Notes: a model not told the origin generated them from the sequence alone. A stretch of DNA of 64,000 bases from Candidatus Spongiisociaceae bacterium (GCA_965219685.1 CBDCOH010000002.1:960001-1024000); one strand, 5' to 3'; positions 10,229 through 20,602 are shown, counted from the first letter of the stretch. Program-made: numbers and translations.

Positions 10229-11707
10229 TCAACTGCCTCCCAGAGCGCCGAGCAGGTCGGTGGCCTCCGAGGACGCGTCGAGTAGTTCCCCTACCAAGTC
10301 CTTGCTACCGCGGAGCGGCTCCATCATAGGCACCCTCTTGAGCGGTTCCTCCCCCACGTCGAACACCAGCGAGTCCCAGTTAGCCGCTACCAGCGACTCC
10401 GAGAACCGCTCCACGCACCTCCCCCTGAAATAGGCCCTGGTCTCCGGAGGCGGAACCGCGGTGGCACGGTCCAGTTCCGCATCGGTGAACAGGCGCCTGA
10501 GCAGCCCGCGCTCCTCGAGACGGTAGGCCAAGCCTCGCCGCCGGTCGGTGTCGTGGTACTGGAGAGCAGCCATGGCCAGCTTCGGGTCGGTCCAGTCGAG
10601 GTCGTCCCGGCGGCGGAAGCCCTCCAGCATGCGTAGCTTGGCCGACCAGTCGAGCCGGTCCGACGTGCGCGTGAAGTCCGACTCGAGGTCCTCGAGGATC
10701 CGGCCCCACTCCCGGACGACGTCTCCCCACACCGGTTCGGGGAGTTGCTGCTCCGCATACTTCGAGAGCCACTCGTAGTAGCGGAACTGCAGGTCGAGAG
10801 CCGTCGCCGATGAGCCGTCGGCCAGCGGCAGGGGCCGGTGGAGAGACAGGTCGTGGCTCGATCGCCAGGTCGCCTCGACAGGGTCGGCCAGTTGCAAGGG
10901 GTCCGGGATGGCCCGGTCCTCGATCGCGGCCAGCAACAGGGCGGTGGTACCGAGCTTCACGAAGGTCTGGACCTCAGACATGTTGGCGTCACCGATGATC
11001 ACATGGAAGCGCCGGTACTTGGTCGGTTCGCCGTGGGGCTCGTCCCTCGTGTTGATGATGGGCCGCTTCAGGGTCGTCTCGAGCCCGACCTCCTCCTCGA
11101 AGAAGTCTGCTCTCTGGCTGATCTGGTAACGCACGCCGGGCCGGCCGTTCTCGGACCCGAGCTTGCCCGAGCCGGTGAAGATCTGGCGCGTGACCAGCCA
11201 GGTCGTGGCGTAGTGGATGAGGTCGGCGAAGGGGAGTGCCCGGGACAGCAGGTAGTTCTCGTGGTAGCCGTAGGAGTTGCCCTTCCCATCGCTGTTGTTC
11301 TTGTGGATGTAGAGGCGCTCCGAGGGGCGGAGAATCCGGTACACCGCGGCCGAGGCCGCCTCCAGCACCCGCTCCCCCGCCTTGTCGTAGAGGGTCGCCT
11401 GCAGCGGGTCGGCGCACTCGGGACTGGAATACTCGGGATGGGCATGGTCGACGTAGAAGCGAGCCCCGTTGGAGAGTACGACGTTCACCAGACCCGTGTC
11501 GGCCTCGGCGAGCCCGAAGGTCTCGTGCCCGAAACCGCGGGCGTCCCGCCCTGGGGTCTCCTCGTCGAACGACCACTGGACCCGAACCCGGCCTCCCTGG
11601 TAGGAGTTCACCACCAGCGAGGAGGCGATCGTCGGGTTGAAGTCCGGCTGGTTCCGAACCGTGATCCCGTACTCGGTCTCCGTGCCTATGACGGTCGGGA
11701 TGGCCAT
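10229..11707 (-). CDS. dop: Depupylase/deamidase Dop
   Basis: [54 protein letters not shown]. Confidence 0.96.
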   Translation of the reverse strand: MAIPTVIGTETEYGITVRNQPDFNPTIASSLVVNSYQGGRVRVQWSFDEETPGRDARGFGHETFGLAEADTGLVNVVLSNGARFYVDHAHPEYSSPECADPLQATLYDKAGERVLEAASAAVYRILRPSERLYIHKNNSDGKGNSYGYHENYLLSRALPFADLIHYATTWLVTRQIFTGSGKLGSENGRPGVRYQISQRADFFEEEVGLETTLKRPIINTRDEPHGEPTKYRRFHVIIGDANMSEVQTFVKLGTTALLLAAIEDRAIPDPLQLADPVEATWRSSHDLSLHRPLPLADGSSATALDLQFRYYEWLSKYAEQQLPEPVWGDVVREWGRILEDLESDFTRTSDRLDWSAKLRMLEGFRRRDDLDWTDPKLAMAALQYHDTDRRRGLAYRLEERGLLRRLFTDAELDRATAVPPPETRAYFRGRCVERFSESLVAANWDSLVFDVGEEPLKRVPMMEPLRGSKDLVGELLDASSEATDLLGALGGS

Positions 11708-11813
11708 GCCTAAGGGACTGCCGGGCGTTTCACCGGCGCGACGCCGGTCTGCGACCCGCGTCGATCGGGGTCGGTGACTGGTCGGTGGGTATCGTCATCC
11801 GCTCAGCGCATCC

Positions 11814-13553
11814 CTACAGGTACTGGCCGGTGCCGACCGCCTCGATGGTCCTCGACTCGTCCTCGCCCTCGATCAGGGTGCGCACGTAGACGATCCGTTC
11901 CCCCTTCTTGCCCGATATCTTCGCCCAGTCGTCGGGGTTCGTGGTGTTGGGCAGGTCCTCGTGCTCGCGGAACTCCTGCTTGATACCCACGAGGAGATCG
12001 GCCAGCTTTATCCCGCCGGACGATCCGGCGATCCGGCGCTTGATGGCGGCCTTCTTGGCCCTGCGCACGATGTTCTCGATCATGGCGCCGGACGAGAAGT
12101 CCCGGAAGTAGAGGACCTCCCGGTCCCCGTTCTGGTAGGTGACCTCGAGGAAGCGGTTCTCGTCGCTGCCGGCGTACATGATGGCCACCACCTCCCGGAC
12201 CATCCGGTCCACGAGGACGCGCGGATCACCGTCCACCGCCGCGAGCGCTTCCTCGTCGAAGGGCAGGTCGGGGTCCAGGTAGATGCGGAAGATCTGCCGG
12301 GCCGCCACGGCGTCCGGGCGGGCGATCTTGATCTTGACATCGAGACGCCCCGGTCGCAGGATGGCCGGGTCGATCAGGTCCTCCCGGTTGGAGGCGCCGA
12401 TGACGATCACGTTCCTGAGCAGCTCCACCCCGTCCAGTTCGGAAAGGAGCTGGGGAACGATGGTGGACTCCACATCGGAGGAGATTCCGCTGCCCCTCGT
12501 TCGGAACAGCGAGTCCATCTCGTCGAAGAAGACGATCACCGGCACGCCCTCGTCGGCCTTCTCCTTGGCGCGCTGGAAGATCAACCGGATCTGGCGCTCG
12601 GTCTCCCCCACGTACTTGTTCAGCAGTTCGGGGCCCTTGATGTTCAGGAAGTAGGAGCGGGCGTCGTCGTGGCCGGACCGGCGCGCCACCGCCTCCGCCA
12701 AGCTGTTGGCCACGGCCTTCGCGATCAGGGTCTTGCCGCATCCCGGCGGTCCGTACAGCAGCACTCCCTTCGGGGCCACCAGGCCGTACTCCTCGAACAG
12801 GTCCCGGTAGACGTACGGGAGCTCCACGGCGTCCCTGATCGCCTCGATCTGGTCGCGGAGGCCTCCTACCTGGTCGTAGGTGACGTCGGGCACCTCCTCG
12901 AGTACCAGTTCCTCGACCTCGGGCCGGATGAGCTTCTCGTAGGCGAGACCGTTGCGGGAATCGATGCGGATGTGGTCACCGGCCCGCAGGTGCACGCCGC
13001 GGAGGGGACCTGCCAGTTCCACCACCCGCTCCTCGTCGGCGTGCGCCAGCACTAGGAGGCGTTCGTCGCCCAGAACCTCCTTGATGGAAACGACCTGGCC
13101 GAGACGGTCGAAGTCCCGCACCTCCACGATGTTCATGGAGTCGTTCACCAGCACCTGCTGGCCTCTCTGCAGTTGCTTGATCTCGATGGAGGGCTGAGCG
13201 TTGACCCGCATCTTGCGCCCTCCGCTCATCACGTCCACGGTGCTGTCGCTGTTGACGGCCATCACGGTGGCGAACGGGTTGGGGGCGGTCGTGAGCTTCT
13301 CCACCTCCTCGCGGAGCATGGCCAGCTGCTCCCGCGCCTCCTCGAGAACCGCGCTGAGCTTCTCGTTCTTCTGAGCGGCCTGGACCAGCTGCCCCTTGGT
13401 CTCGGCGAGGCGCGCCTCGAGCATCCGAACCCTGCGGGGGGCGTCCTGGAGACGCCGGCGGAGGACCGACACCTCCTCTTCGAGGGCGTGAACGGTCCCG
13501 CGCAGCGCGCCCAACTGGCGTTCGTAGTCGTATCGTTCCCGTCTGTCAGGCAT
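11814..13553 (-). CDS. arc: Proteasome ATPase ARC/Mpa
   Basis: N-terminal coiled coil, [20 protein letters not shown] and the C-terminal GQYL proteasome-docking motif. Confidence 0.97.
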   Translation of the reverse strand: MPDRRERYDYERQLGALRGTVHALEEEVSVLRRRLQDAPRRVRMLEARLAETKGQLVQAAQKNEKLSAVLEEAREQLAMLREEVEKLTTAPNPFATVMAVNSDSTVDVMSGGRKMRVNAQPSIEIKQLQRGQQVLVNDSMNIVEVRDFDRLGQVVSIKEVLGDERLLVLAHADEERVVELAGPLRGVHLRAGDHIRIDSRNGLAYEKLIRPEVEELVLEEVPDVTYDQVGGLRDQIEAIRDAVELPYVYRDLFEEYGLVAPKGVLLYGPPGCGKTLIAKAVANSLAEAVARRSGHDDARSYFLNIKGPELLNKYVGETERQIRLIFQRAKEKADEGVPVIVFFDEMDSLFRTRGSGISSDVESTIVPQLLSELDGVELLRNVIVIGASNREDLIDPAILRPGRLDVKIKIARPDAVAARQIFRIYLDPDLPFDEEALAAVDGDPRVLVDRMVREVVAIMYAGSDENRFLEVTYQNGDREVLYFRDFSSGAMIENIVRRAKKAAIKRRIAGSSGGIKLADLLVGIKQEFREHEDLPNTTNPDDWAKISGKKGERIVYVRTLIEGEDESRTIEAVGTGQYL

Positions 13554-13579
13554 GCCACCGCCCGGTTGCGACTGACCGC

Positions 13580-13585
13580 AGTATA
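13580..13585 (-). promoter_or_regulatory. Putative -10 box (TATACT) for arc
   Basis: Near-consensus -10 hexamer 26 nt upstream of the arc ATG, in the trmI-arc gap. Confidence 0.45.
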
Positions 13586-13656
13586 CGGGTGTCGCGGAGT
13601 TGGAAGTGGCGTTCCGAATCGTGGCGGACCGGACGGCCGGATCGGGTTGCTTACGG

Positions 13657-14448
13657 TCAGGCCGGCTGTATGAGGCGACCCACGGTCACGAACCCGGTGT
13701 GGCCCACCATCCCGTGGTCCGGCCGGACCGAGCGGCCTGTCACGTTCCAGGTTCGGAGGAGCACTTCGAACGTCTCCACATCCAGGAACCGTCCGGTGGC
13801 GCGGAGAGCCTCCCGGAGCTGCTGGACCTGGGGAACCGTGGGAACGTAACTGCACACGATGCCGCCCGTGCGGAGGGTTCCGGTGGCGGCCGGGATCACC
13901 TCCCACGGCTCTGGGATGTCGAGCAGTAGCCGGTCGTGTTCCTCTTCGGCGACCGCCTCGAGGACGTTGCCGACCCTCAGCTCGAGCCGGTCCGGCACCC
14001 GGCCGAACTGCCGGACGATGGCGCCTTTCCCGTGGGCGGCGTGGTCCTGCCTCACCTCGCACGAGATGACCCGCCCGGTGGGTCCAACTGCTCTGGTGAC
14101 GGCCATGGTCATTGCACCCGATCCGGTGCCGGCCTCGATCACGGTCAGCCCCGGGTGGATGTCGGCGTACATGAGGATGGCGCCCAGGTCCTTCGGATAG
14201 ACGACCTGGGGTCCCCTGCGCATCTTCAGGATGTAGTCCCCCAGCCGGGGCCGCAGGGCGACGAGGGGCGCCCCCTTGGAGGAGACGAACCGGGACCCGT
14301 CCGGGCTTCCGATGATGTCGGAATGGGGGAGGTTCCCGAGGTGGAACTGGAACACGCCGGTGCTCCGCAGATGCAGCAGGTACTTGCGTCGCCGACCGTC
14401 GATGAGCATGGCCGGTTCGCCCTCCTGGAACGGTCGCCCCGCTACCAC
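13657..14448 (-). CDS. trmI: tRNA (adenine-N1, m1A58)-methyltransferase
   Basis: [38 protein letters not shown]; usual position upstream of arc. Confidence 0.95.
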   Translation of the reverse strand: MVAGRPFQEGEPAMLIDGRRRKYLLHLRSTGVFQFHLGNLPHSDIIGSPDGSRFVSSKGAPLVALRPRLGDYILKMRRGPQVVYPKDLGAILMYADIHPGLTVIEAGTGSGAMTMAVTRAVGPTGRVISCEVRQDHAAHGKGAIVRQFGRVPDRLELRVGNVLEAVAEEEHDRLLLDIPEPWEVIPAATGTLRTGGIVCSYVPTVPQVQQLREALRATGRFLDVETFEVLLRTWNVTGRSVRPDHGMVGHTGFVTVGRLIQPA

Positions 14449-14452
14449 GGGC

Positions 14453-14554
14453 TCAGGTCAACCCGATCGACAGCACTCCTGCCAGCAACGTGAGGATCAT
14501 GCCGGCCACGGTCACCCAGACCACCACCTGCACCCATCTCGGCGTCCTTCTCAT
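14453..14554 (-). CDS. 33-aa single-TM miniprotein (not in ORF track)
   Basis: MRRTPRWVQVVVWVTVAGMILTLLAGVLSIGLT*. TAGAGT -10-like box 8 nt upstream; stop lies 4 nt before the trmI GTG. Confidence 0.7.
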   Translation of the reverse strand: MRRTPRWVQVVVWVTVAGMILTLLAGVLSIGLT

Positions 14555-14597
14555 AGGCATCCACTCTAGGAGGAAGCCGAGCGCTAGCCTACGCGGC

Positions 14598-14792
14598 ATG
14601 GGTTACGGGTTCGGTCGGATCGGGAAGGGGGCGGGCTACCTGCTGCGCGGGCTCCGTGACGGCAGGATGTCGCTGGTCGCCCTCGGATGCCTCATGATCG
14701 TGCGCTCCCTGGTGTCACGCCGGGGTCGGAGCGGGAAGGTGACCGAGTTCCGTCTCGACCGAGGCAGCCGCGTGGAGCTTCGCGTCAAGTAG
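14598..14792 (+). CDS. Small hypothetical basic protein with one hydrophobic segment (64 aa)
   Basis: ATG 14598 lies 7 nt after TAGCCT; MGYGFGRIG...MSLVALGCLMIVRSLV...ELRVK; divergent from the miniprotein. Confidence 0.55.
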   Translation: MGYGFGRIGKGAGYLLRGLRDGRMSLVALGCLMIVRSLVSRRGRSGKVTEFRLDRGSRVELRVK

Positions 14793-14871
14793 GTGGGTCC
14801 CCCAGCTCCTGCTTTGTGAGCTCCCCCCGGAGCGACGGAAACTCGGACAGTGTCTCCGGAGAACGGCAACC

Positions 14872-14942
14872 GATCGAACTAAGGCCAGCTAGCGAATCGC
14901 TAACTATCGACTACCAACTAGCAACTAGCAACTAGCAACTAG
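14872..14942 (-). repeat. Family B post-stop repeat with (CTAGTTG)n heptamer run
   Basis: Plus strand ...ctaccaactagcaactagcaactagcaactag. Core matches 62311-62337 at 23/27 (hand count). Begins at the stop codon of 14939-15130. Confidence 0.8.
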
Positions 14943-15130
14943 AGCCGGTGGATCTCGATCCGGGCGCCCTTGCTCCTTCCCCGTCTCCGACCCCTCAAGT
15001 AGGCGAGGACCAGCGCCGCTGCCACGCCGGCGGTGCCCATCGCGGCCTTCGAGCGGAGCGACTCGGCCGCTCCCAGGAGAGCCTCCTCGAGTTCGCTTGC
15101 CTTGGCCTCGATGTCGTCGCGGTCGATCAT
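14939..15130 (-). CDS. Small hypothetical protein with a C-terminal TM and basic tail
   Basis: 63 aa, ATGA overlap with the upstream gene; acidic helix, then GVAAALVLAYL, then RGRRRGR. Confidence 0.7.
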   Translation of the reverse strand: MIDRDDIEAKASELEEALLGAAESLRSKAAMGTAGVAAALVLAYLRGRRRGRSKGARIEIHRL

Positions 15131-15432
15131 GGCAACACCCGTGAGCGCCCGGCGCCCCAGATGATCAGAGCGGCCAGTCCCAGTGCCGTAATGGCCGTCA
15201 AGGCGTAGGCCAGCACGCTCCAGAGGGGTGTGTCAGGAAGCAGGTCCATAAGCCACCGTAGCTCGGCCACCACCAGCAGTAGCCAGCCCACCGCGAACAG
15301 GACACCGGCCAGCAGGCTGAGACCGGCGTACCGGGCGGTGCGCCGGAGGGGCGCGACGGTTTCCTGTTCGAGGTACTGCTTCGACATCTCGAACAGTTCG
15401 GTGACCAGCTGGGATATCTCGGCTGTCTTCAT
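15127..15432 (-). CDS. Two-TM membrane protein, actinobacterial 'phage holin-like' type
   Basis: ELFEMSKQYLEQETVAPLRR followed by two TM segments; coupled to the 63-aa gene; TAGAAT box upstream. Confidence 0.65.
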   Translation of the reverse strand: MKTAEISQLVTELFEMSKQYLEQETVAPLRRTARYAGLSLLAGVLFAVGWLLLVVAELRWLMDLLPDTPLWSVLAYALTAITALGLAALIIWGAGRSRVLP

Positions 15433-15493
15433 GGATCACCGTCGGGCCTTGCTTCCGGAGTCCGGATTCTAGGAGAGATCGGTAGGTGTGCAG

Positions 15494-15580
15494 CTAGATG
15501 ACAAGTTCCTAGTCAGTAGTCTGTAGTTTATAGTCGGTATTCGGCGTGTACCGCTAGACTAGATCAGTTACCATCCTCAA
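15494..15580 (+). repeat. Family A TAG-rich intergenic repeat, copy 2
   Basis: ctagatgacaagttcctagtcagtagtctgtagtttatagtcggta...agatcagttaccatcc; TAG recurs every 7 nt in the core. Confidence 0.8.
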
Positions 15581-15764
15581 TAGCCCTGTTTGGGGCTCGC
15601 GGTTACGCCCGGGGGGCGATTCGTGAGAGTGGCTCGCCCGGGTCCGAGTCCAGGAACGGACGTGGCGGGTCGATAGCAAAACCGGACTGATCTGGCAGAT
15701 GCCGATCCCAACGGCGATCTGTGATCGTCGCCCGCCTGGCCGCTGGACCGCGGTAGCGGTTCGC

Positions 15765-17042
15765 TCACAGGTTGGGAACCGCGAATATCGCTCCGCCGAA
15801 CAGAACGGTTGCCACGAGCAGCGTCCAGAGGATGTTGACACACTGACCCGCCAGGAAGGCGATGGCGGGGCGGCCCTGGTCCATCGACACGAGGTCCCGG
15901 AAGCGGGTCTCGAGTCCGATGCAAAGGAAGGCGAGCGCGAACCACCATGTGCGCAGGCCTCTCAGGAGTGCGCCGGTGGAGGCGACGACCTCCTCACCGA
16001 GCACGAAGGAGAACAGCAGGGAGGCGACGATGAACCCGAGCACGAACTTGGGGAACCTCTCCCAGATCACCCGGGCAGTGGGTCTGGCGCCGGTCCCCGC
16101 CCCGGCGCGGAACGCCCACCAGAGCGAGATTGCGAACGCGGCCAGGCCCAGCAGGGCGTTCTGGGAGAACTTGACGATCACGGCTGCGTTCAGGGCCGAG
16201 TCGCCAAGGATCTCGCCGGCCGCCACGACCGCCCCCGAGGTGTCGATCGTGCCCCCGATCCAGGCTCCGCCCACGATCGGGGACATGCCGAGCCGTTCGA
16301 CCGCCCAGGGCATGAGAATCGTCATCGGGACCGCGACGATCAGCACCAGGGAGGTGACGTAGGAGAGCTTCTTGCGGTCGCCGGCGATGGCGCCGCAGGT
16401 GGCTATGGCCGCCGACACGCCGCAGATAGAAACCGCCGAGGCCAGCATGGTGGCGAACTCGTCGTCCACCCGCAGGCGTCTCGATATCCAGTAGCAGAAA
16501 TACCAGACGGCCAGGATCACCGCCAGCGCCTGGCCCACACCCAGCAGGCCGGCCTGGAGGATCTCGCCGAAGACGATGTTGGTGCCGAGGATCACCAGTC
16601 CGGCCTTGATGTAGTACTCGGTGCGGACCGCCTCCTGCAGCCAGGATGCGACGCCCGCCACGTTGGAGATGAGCAGCCCGATCACCAGGGCGACGATCAC
16701 GTAGCTGATCCCCCACTGCTTGAGGACCGCGTTGCCCGCGACGAGGCGGCTCGCCCAGGCGAGCGCGAACACCGCCGGGAAGCCGAGGAGATAGGCGTTC
16801 GCGTCGCTGCCCATCAGCCGGACACCGGCCGCTGACAACCCGAGCAGCAGGATCCCGGTGAGCAGGACGGCCGTCACGTTGCCCCAGGCGAGGGTCTGCC
16901 CGAATCCGGCGGTGCTCCAGGAGAACACCGGAATCGCCGGTCGCACGCCGACCAGTACCAGCAGGATGAGGGCCGCCCCCAGCCAGACGGCGGTCCAGTC
17001 CTCGGAACGCAGGCTGGTCGGCTTGGCCGGGTAGCTGTCCAT
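15765..17042 (-). CDS. Putative sulfate exporter (YeiH/PSE) family transporter
   Basis: SEDWTAVWLG, EYYIKAGLV, SICGVSAAIA, GGTIDTSGAV, WERFPKFVLGF. Start at ATG 17042; the ORF-track N-terminal extension looks non-coding. Confidence 0.9.
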   Translation of the reverse strand: MDSYPAKPTSLRSEDWTAVWLGAALILLVLVGVRPAIPVFSWSTAGFGQTLAWGNVTAVLLTGILLLGLSAAGVRLMGSDANAYLLGFPAVFALAWASRLVAGNAVLKQWGISYVIVALVIGLLISNVAGVASWLQEAVRTEYYIKAGLVILGTNIVFGEILQAGLLGVGQALAVILAVWYFCYWISRRLRVDDEFATMLASAVSICGVSAAIATCGAIAGDRKKLSYVTSLVLIVAVPMTILMPWAVERLGMSPIVGGAWIGGTIDTSGAVVAAGEILGDSALNAAVIVKFSQNALLGLAAFAISLWWAFRAGAGTGARPTARVIWERFPKFVLGFIVASLLFSFVLGEEVVASTGALLRGLRTWWFALAFLCIGLETRFRDLVSMDQGRPAIAFLAGQCVNILWTLLVATVLFGGAIFAVPNL

Positions 17043-17256
17043 CGGGGTAAGTGTCCCACACCGGCGCCCGCGACTCCCGGCGCGGGCAGCTGAGGCTGGG
17101 ACTCGGGGCACAACCGGCCGGGGACGGGTCGTCTCCTCGTCTCCCCATGCGTCGGGTGCCGCAGGATCTCGACCGACATGGCCCGAGTGCCCGAGCGCTA
17201 CCGACCGGCGAGCATGAACGGCAGGACGGAAGCGCTGGGCGTCACCGCCGCCGGAA

Positions 17257-17457
17257 CGCGAAAAGCGCCCGATCCTCTCCCCCGCGGCGGGCCCTCCCCC
17301 GACCACCACCTCCGAGGTTCGAAGCGCGCTCCCGTATCCCCGCCCGGGTCGGCTCGGACAACATGATCCCTGTCACGGTCCGGTCGGCGCCGGGAACGGA
17401 CCGGAGGTGCTTGCGGTCATCCACAGTGTGCGACACGGCTGTGACAGCGTCAACCCC
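17257..17457 (-). repeat. ~200-bp promoter-hairpin-terminator element, copy 1 (candidate sRNA gene)
   Basis: Minus strand TTGACG-C-TGTCAC-N10-CACACT...CAAGCACC, hairpin CGGTCCG/CGGACCG, GGAGGTGG..GGGCCC, then GCTTTTCGCG. Homologous to 36887-37095 and 50061-50261. Confidence 0.8.
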
Positions 17458-17580
17458 TTCCTCCTACCGGATGTCGAGTTAGCAGGTGATGGCGACGCGC
17501 CGTAGCTGGATCGTCCATGCTGATCGTTCGGTCCCGGACTGACGAGCCCGGAGCGTCTCGAAGCTAGCCTTCTTCAGTCG

Positions 17581-18504
17581 ATGTCCTACCCTTCCGGCCG
17601 AACGGGCCGGTCCCCCAAATTCGCCACGGCTGCGGGAACGCGGAGAGGGCCGTTCGGTTGGGTCGAGTGGCTGTTACTCGCCGCGGTGGCTCTCATCTGG
17701 GGCTCTTCGTACCTCTTCATCGCGATCGGTCTCGAGTCGCTGGAGCCGTCGGTGATCACTTGGGGGCGGGTCGTGTTGGGGTCCGCGGTCCTGATGGGGC
17801 TCCCGGCCGCCCGCCGGCCTGTCGAGCGGGCCGATTGGGGAAGGATCGCGGCCCTCGGAATCGTGTGGAGCACCATCCCGTTCCTCTTGGGGCCCGTTTC
17901 CCAGCAGCACATCACCTCCGCGATGGCGGGGATGATCAACTCGCTGGTCCCCATCTGCAGCGCGGTCATCGCGGCCTTGCTGCTCCGGTCCCGCCCCCGC
18001 TTCCCTCTCGTGGTGGGGATCCTCCTCGGGTTCGTGGGAGCGATCGGACTGACGGTCCCGGCCCGAGGGGACTCGCCGGCGGTCAACTGGGGCGTACTGC
18101 TCGCCGTGGTCGCGGTGGTCTTCTACGCGCTGGCGCTCAACCTGGCCGTTCCCCTGCAACAGAAGTACGGGTCGCCGGCGGTGATCATGAGGGCGCTCGC
18201 CCTCGCCGCGGTCATGACCGCGCCGTTCGGGATCGCAGGTCTGGGAGACTCCGAGTGGAGCACCGGTCCGGTGCTGGCTGTGGTCGTGCTCGGAGTTCTC
18301 AACACGGGCGTCGCTTTCGCGTTGGTCACCCTGCTGGTCGGGAGGGTGGGGACCACGCGCGGGAGCGTGGCCGTCTACTTCCTGCCCGTCGTGGCCATGG
18401 TGCTGGGGGTGTTGCTGCGCGAAGAGACGGTTCTCCCCATCCAGGTGCTGGGTACGGGTGTGGTGCTGTTCGGAGCATTCCTGGCGAGCCGCTCGGAGTC
18501 GTGA
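17581..18504 (+). CDS. EamA/DMT family transporter, paralog 1 (307 aa)
   Basis: ALIWGSSY, about 10 TM segments, two EamA repeats. Confidence 0.92.
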   Translation: MSYPSGRTGRSPKFATAAGTRRGPFGWVEWLLLAAVALIWGSSYLFIAIGLESLEPSVITWGRVVLGSAVLMGLPAARRPVERADWGRIAALGIVWSTIPFLLGPVSQQHITSAMAGMINSLVPICSAVIAALLLRSRPRFPLVVGILLGFVGAIGLTVPARGDSPAVNWGVLLAVVAVVFYALALNLAVPLQQKYGSPAVIMRALALAAVMTAPFGIAGLGDSEWSTGPVLAVVVLGVLNTGVAFALVTLLVGRVGTTRGSVAVYFLPVVAMVLGVLLREETVLPIQVLGTGVVLFGAFLASRSES

Positions 18505-18611
18505 CCGGGTCGACCGGAAGCGCCGGTTCGGCCTCGCCGGCGCGCGGACGAGGGGACGGGACGCTCCGGACGCGACGGGCATCGAGTACTGCGGCTACGC
18601 TCGTGCCTCTC

Positions 18612-19535
18612 ATGTCCCAGGCTTCTCGCCGCTCCGGTCGCAGAACCATCTTCTCCACTGCTCCAGGAACACAACTCGGGCCGTTCGGGCTGGTCGAGTG
18701 GGCGCTCTTCGCCGGCGTGGCCCTCATCTGGGGATCCTCGTACCTGCTCATAGACATCAGCCTGGAAGGTCTGTCCCCGCTGGCCATCACCTGGGTGAGA
18801 GTGGTGTTCGGCCTCGCGGTCCTGGCGGCGTTTCCGGTCGCGCGCCGCCCGGTGGACGGGGCGGACTGGCGACGTATCCTCGTGCTGGCGATGACCTGGA
18901 ACACGATCCCGTTCATCCTCTTCCCGGTCGCCCAGCAGCACATCGACTCGGCCCTCGCCGGCATGTTGAACGCTCCGATACCGATCTACAGCTCGGTGAT
19001 CGCGGTGGTGCTGCTGCGCAGGCTCCCGCGTCTTGGCCAGACGGTGGGCATCTCGCTCGGTCTGGCGGGAGCGATCGGTATCGGCCTTCCCGCCGTCCGG
19101 GACTCGGCCGCCAGCTCGTTGGGCGTGCTGCTCGTGGTCACGGCGACCCTGCTCTACGGTCTGTCGATCAACCTGGCCGTGCCCCTCCAGCAACGCTACG
19201 GGGCTCCGGCGGTGATCATGCGTGCCCTGGCGGTGACGGCGGTCGTAACCATGCCGCTCGGGGTTGTCGGTCTGGCCGGGTCGGAGTGGAGGACGGGCTC
19301 GGTGGTTGCGGTGGCCGTGCTCGGCATCGTCAACACCGGCATGGCATACGTCATCATGGCCTCGTTGGTGGGGAGGGTTGGTCCGACTCGGGGCAGCGTG
19401 GCCGTGTACTGCCTGCCGATCGTGGCCATGGTCCTCGGAGTCATATTCCGCGACGAGATGATCCTGCCCATACAGGTAGCCGGAACGGGTCTGGTGCTCC
19501 TCGGCGCATGGCTAACCAGCCGGCGCGAGTTCTGA
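18612..19535 (+). CDS. EamA/DMT family transporter, paralog 2 (307 aa)
   Basis: Real start MSQASRRSG at 18612, inside ORF 17658..19535; ALIWGSSY, AQQHIDSALAG. Confidence 0.92.
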   Translation: MSQASRRSGRRTIFSTAPGTQLGPFGLVEWALFAGVALIWGSSYLLIDISLEGLSPLAITWVRVVFGLAVLAAFPVARRPVDGADWRRILVLAMTWNTIPFILFPVAQQHIDSALAGMLNAPIPIYSSVIAVVLLRRLPRLGQTVGISLGLAGAIGIGLPAVRDSAASSLGVLLVVTATLLYGLSINLAVPLQQRYGAPAVIMRALAVTAVVTMPLGVVGLAGSEWRTGSVVAVAVLGIVNTGMAYVIMASLVGRVGPTRGSVAVYCLPIVAMVLGVIFRDEMILPIQVAGTGLVLLGAWLTSRREF

Positions 19536-19645
19536 ACCGTCCGGCCGGGACGGGTTTTCGGGTCGAGCACAGACCGACCCCGCCGGATCGGTCCGTTCCT
19601 TGTCGGAGTCGGGTGTGGGCTGTCCACCGCTACTCTCGTCCCCCG

Positions 19646-20569
19646 ATGTCCCGCGCCCCCCGCACGTCCGGCCGTACGCCGGTGCTCGCCGCCGCCCAAG
19701 GATCACGGCGCGGCGCCTTCGGGCCGGCCGAGTGGGCTCTGCTCACAGGCGTGGCGCTCATCTGGGGGTCGTCGTTCCTCCTCATCGAGATCAGTCTGGA
19801 GTCGGTGGCTCCGCCGACGATCACCTGGGGCAGGATCACGCTCGGCTTCCTGGTACTGGCGGCGTTTCCGGCAGCCCGGCGGCCCGTGGAGCGGTCGGAT
19901 TTCTGGCGCATCGGCCTGCTTGGGATCACATGGGTGTTCATTCCGTTCCTGGTGTTTCCCATCGCCCAGCAGCACATCGACTCGGCTCTGGCGGGGATGC
20001 TGAACGCCACCGTTCCGATCTTCAGCACATCCGTCGCCATCGTCCTGGCCCGCTCCCTCCCCCGCCTGCGCCAAGCGGTCGGCATAGCTCTCGGCTTCGT
20101 CGGGGCGGTCAGCGTCGGTATCCCCGCCGCCCATGACTCGTCGGCTGCTGCCTTGGGCATAGTCATGGTGGTTGCGGCCACATTCTTCTACGGCCTCTCC
20201 TTAAACGTGGCCGTCCCGCTGCAACAGCGCTACGGGGCGCCCGCCGTGATGATGCGGGCTATCGGTGTGGCTGCCGTTGCCACCGCGCCCCTGGGCCTCG
20301 CCGGCATCGCAGACTCGCAATGGAGCACCGGCCCCGTTCTGGCGGTGATGGTGCTGGGGGTGATCAACACCGGCGCCGCGTTCGTGATAATGACGGCCTT
20401 CGTGGGAAGGGTCGGTCCCACCCGGGGAAGCGTGGCCATCTATTTCACTCCCATCGTCGCCATGGTGCTGGGGATGGTGTTCCGGTCGGAGGTCATCCTT
20501 CCCCTGCAGTGGGTCGGAACCGGGGTCGTGCTGTTCGGTGCATGGCTCGCCAGCCGGCGCGAGTCGTGA
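19646..20569 (+). CDS. EamA/DMT family transporter, paralog 3 (307 aa)
   Basis: Start MSRAPRTSG at 19646; ALIWGSSF, AQQHIDSALAG, VPLQQRYG. Confidence 0.92.
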   Translation: MSRAPRTSGRTPVLAAAQGSRRGAFGPAEWALLTGVALIWGSSFLLIEISLESVAPPTITWGRITLGFLVLAAFPAARRPVERSDFWRIGLLGITWVFIPFLVFPIAQQHIDSALAGMLNATVPIFSTSVAIVLARSLPRLRQAVGIALGFVGAVSVGIPAAHDSSAAALGIVMVVAATFFYGLSLNVAVPLQQRYGAPAVMMRAIGVAAVATAPLGLAGIADSQWSTGPVLAVMVLGVINTGAAFVIMTAFVGRVGPTRGSVAIYFTPIVAMVLGMVFRSEVILPLQWVGTGVVLFGAWLASRRES

Positions 20570-20602
20570 GTCGCGGCGTCGATGAGGCGCTATGTTCCGT
20601 CC

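Noticed and set aside
14872-14942. Heptamer runs here and at 42932 as possible CRISPR arrays
   Set aside because: Units are 7 nt and contiguous, with no spacers and no cas genes in the window.
15127-15432. Holin-like gene as evidence of a prophage
   Set aside because: No endolysin, integrase, terminase or structural phage genes nearby. Such proteins are common chromosomal genes in Actinobacteria.
17242-17436. Short ORFs overlapping the 200-bp elements (also 36891..37403 and 49891..50256) as a protein family
   Set aside because: Similarity switches frame between copies and lengths differ, so conservation appears to be at the nucleotide/structure level.
17658-20569. Apparent 625-aa and 703-aa EamA fusion proteins in the ORF track
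   Set aside because: Their N-terminal halves are off-frame read-through of the preceding paralog. True starts at 18612 and 19646 give 307 aa like the other copies.
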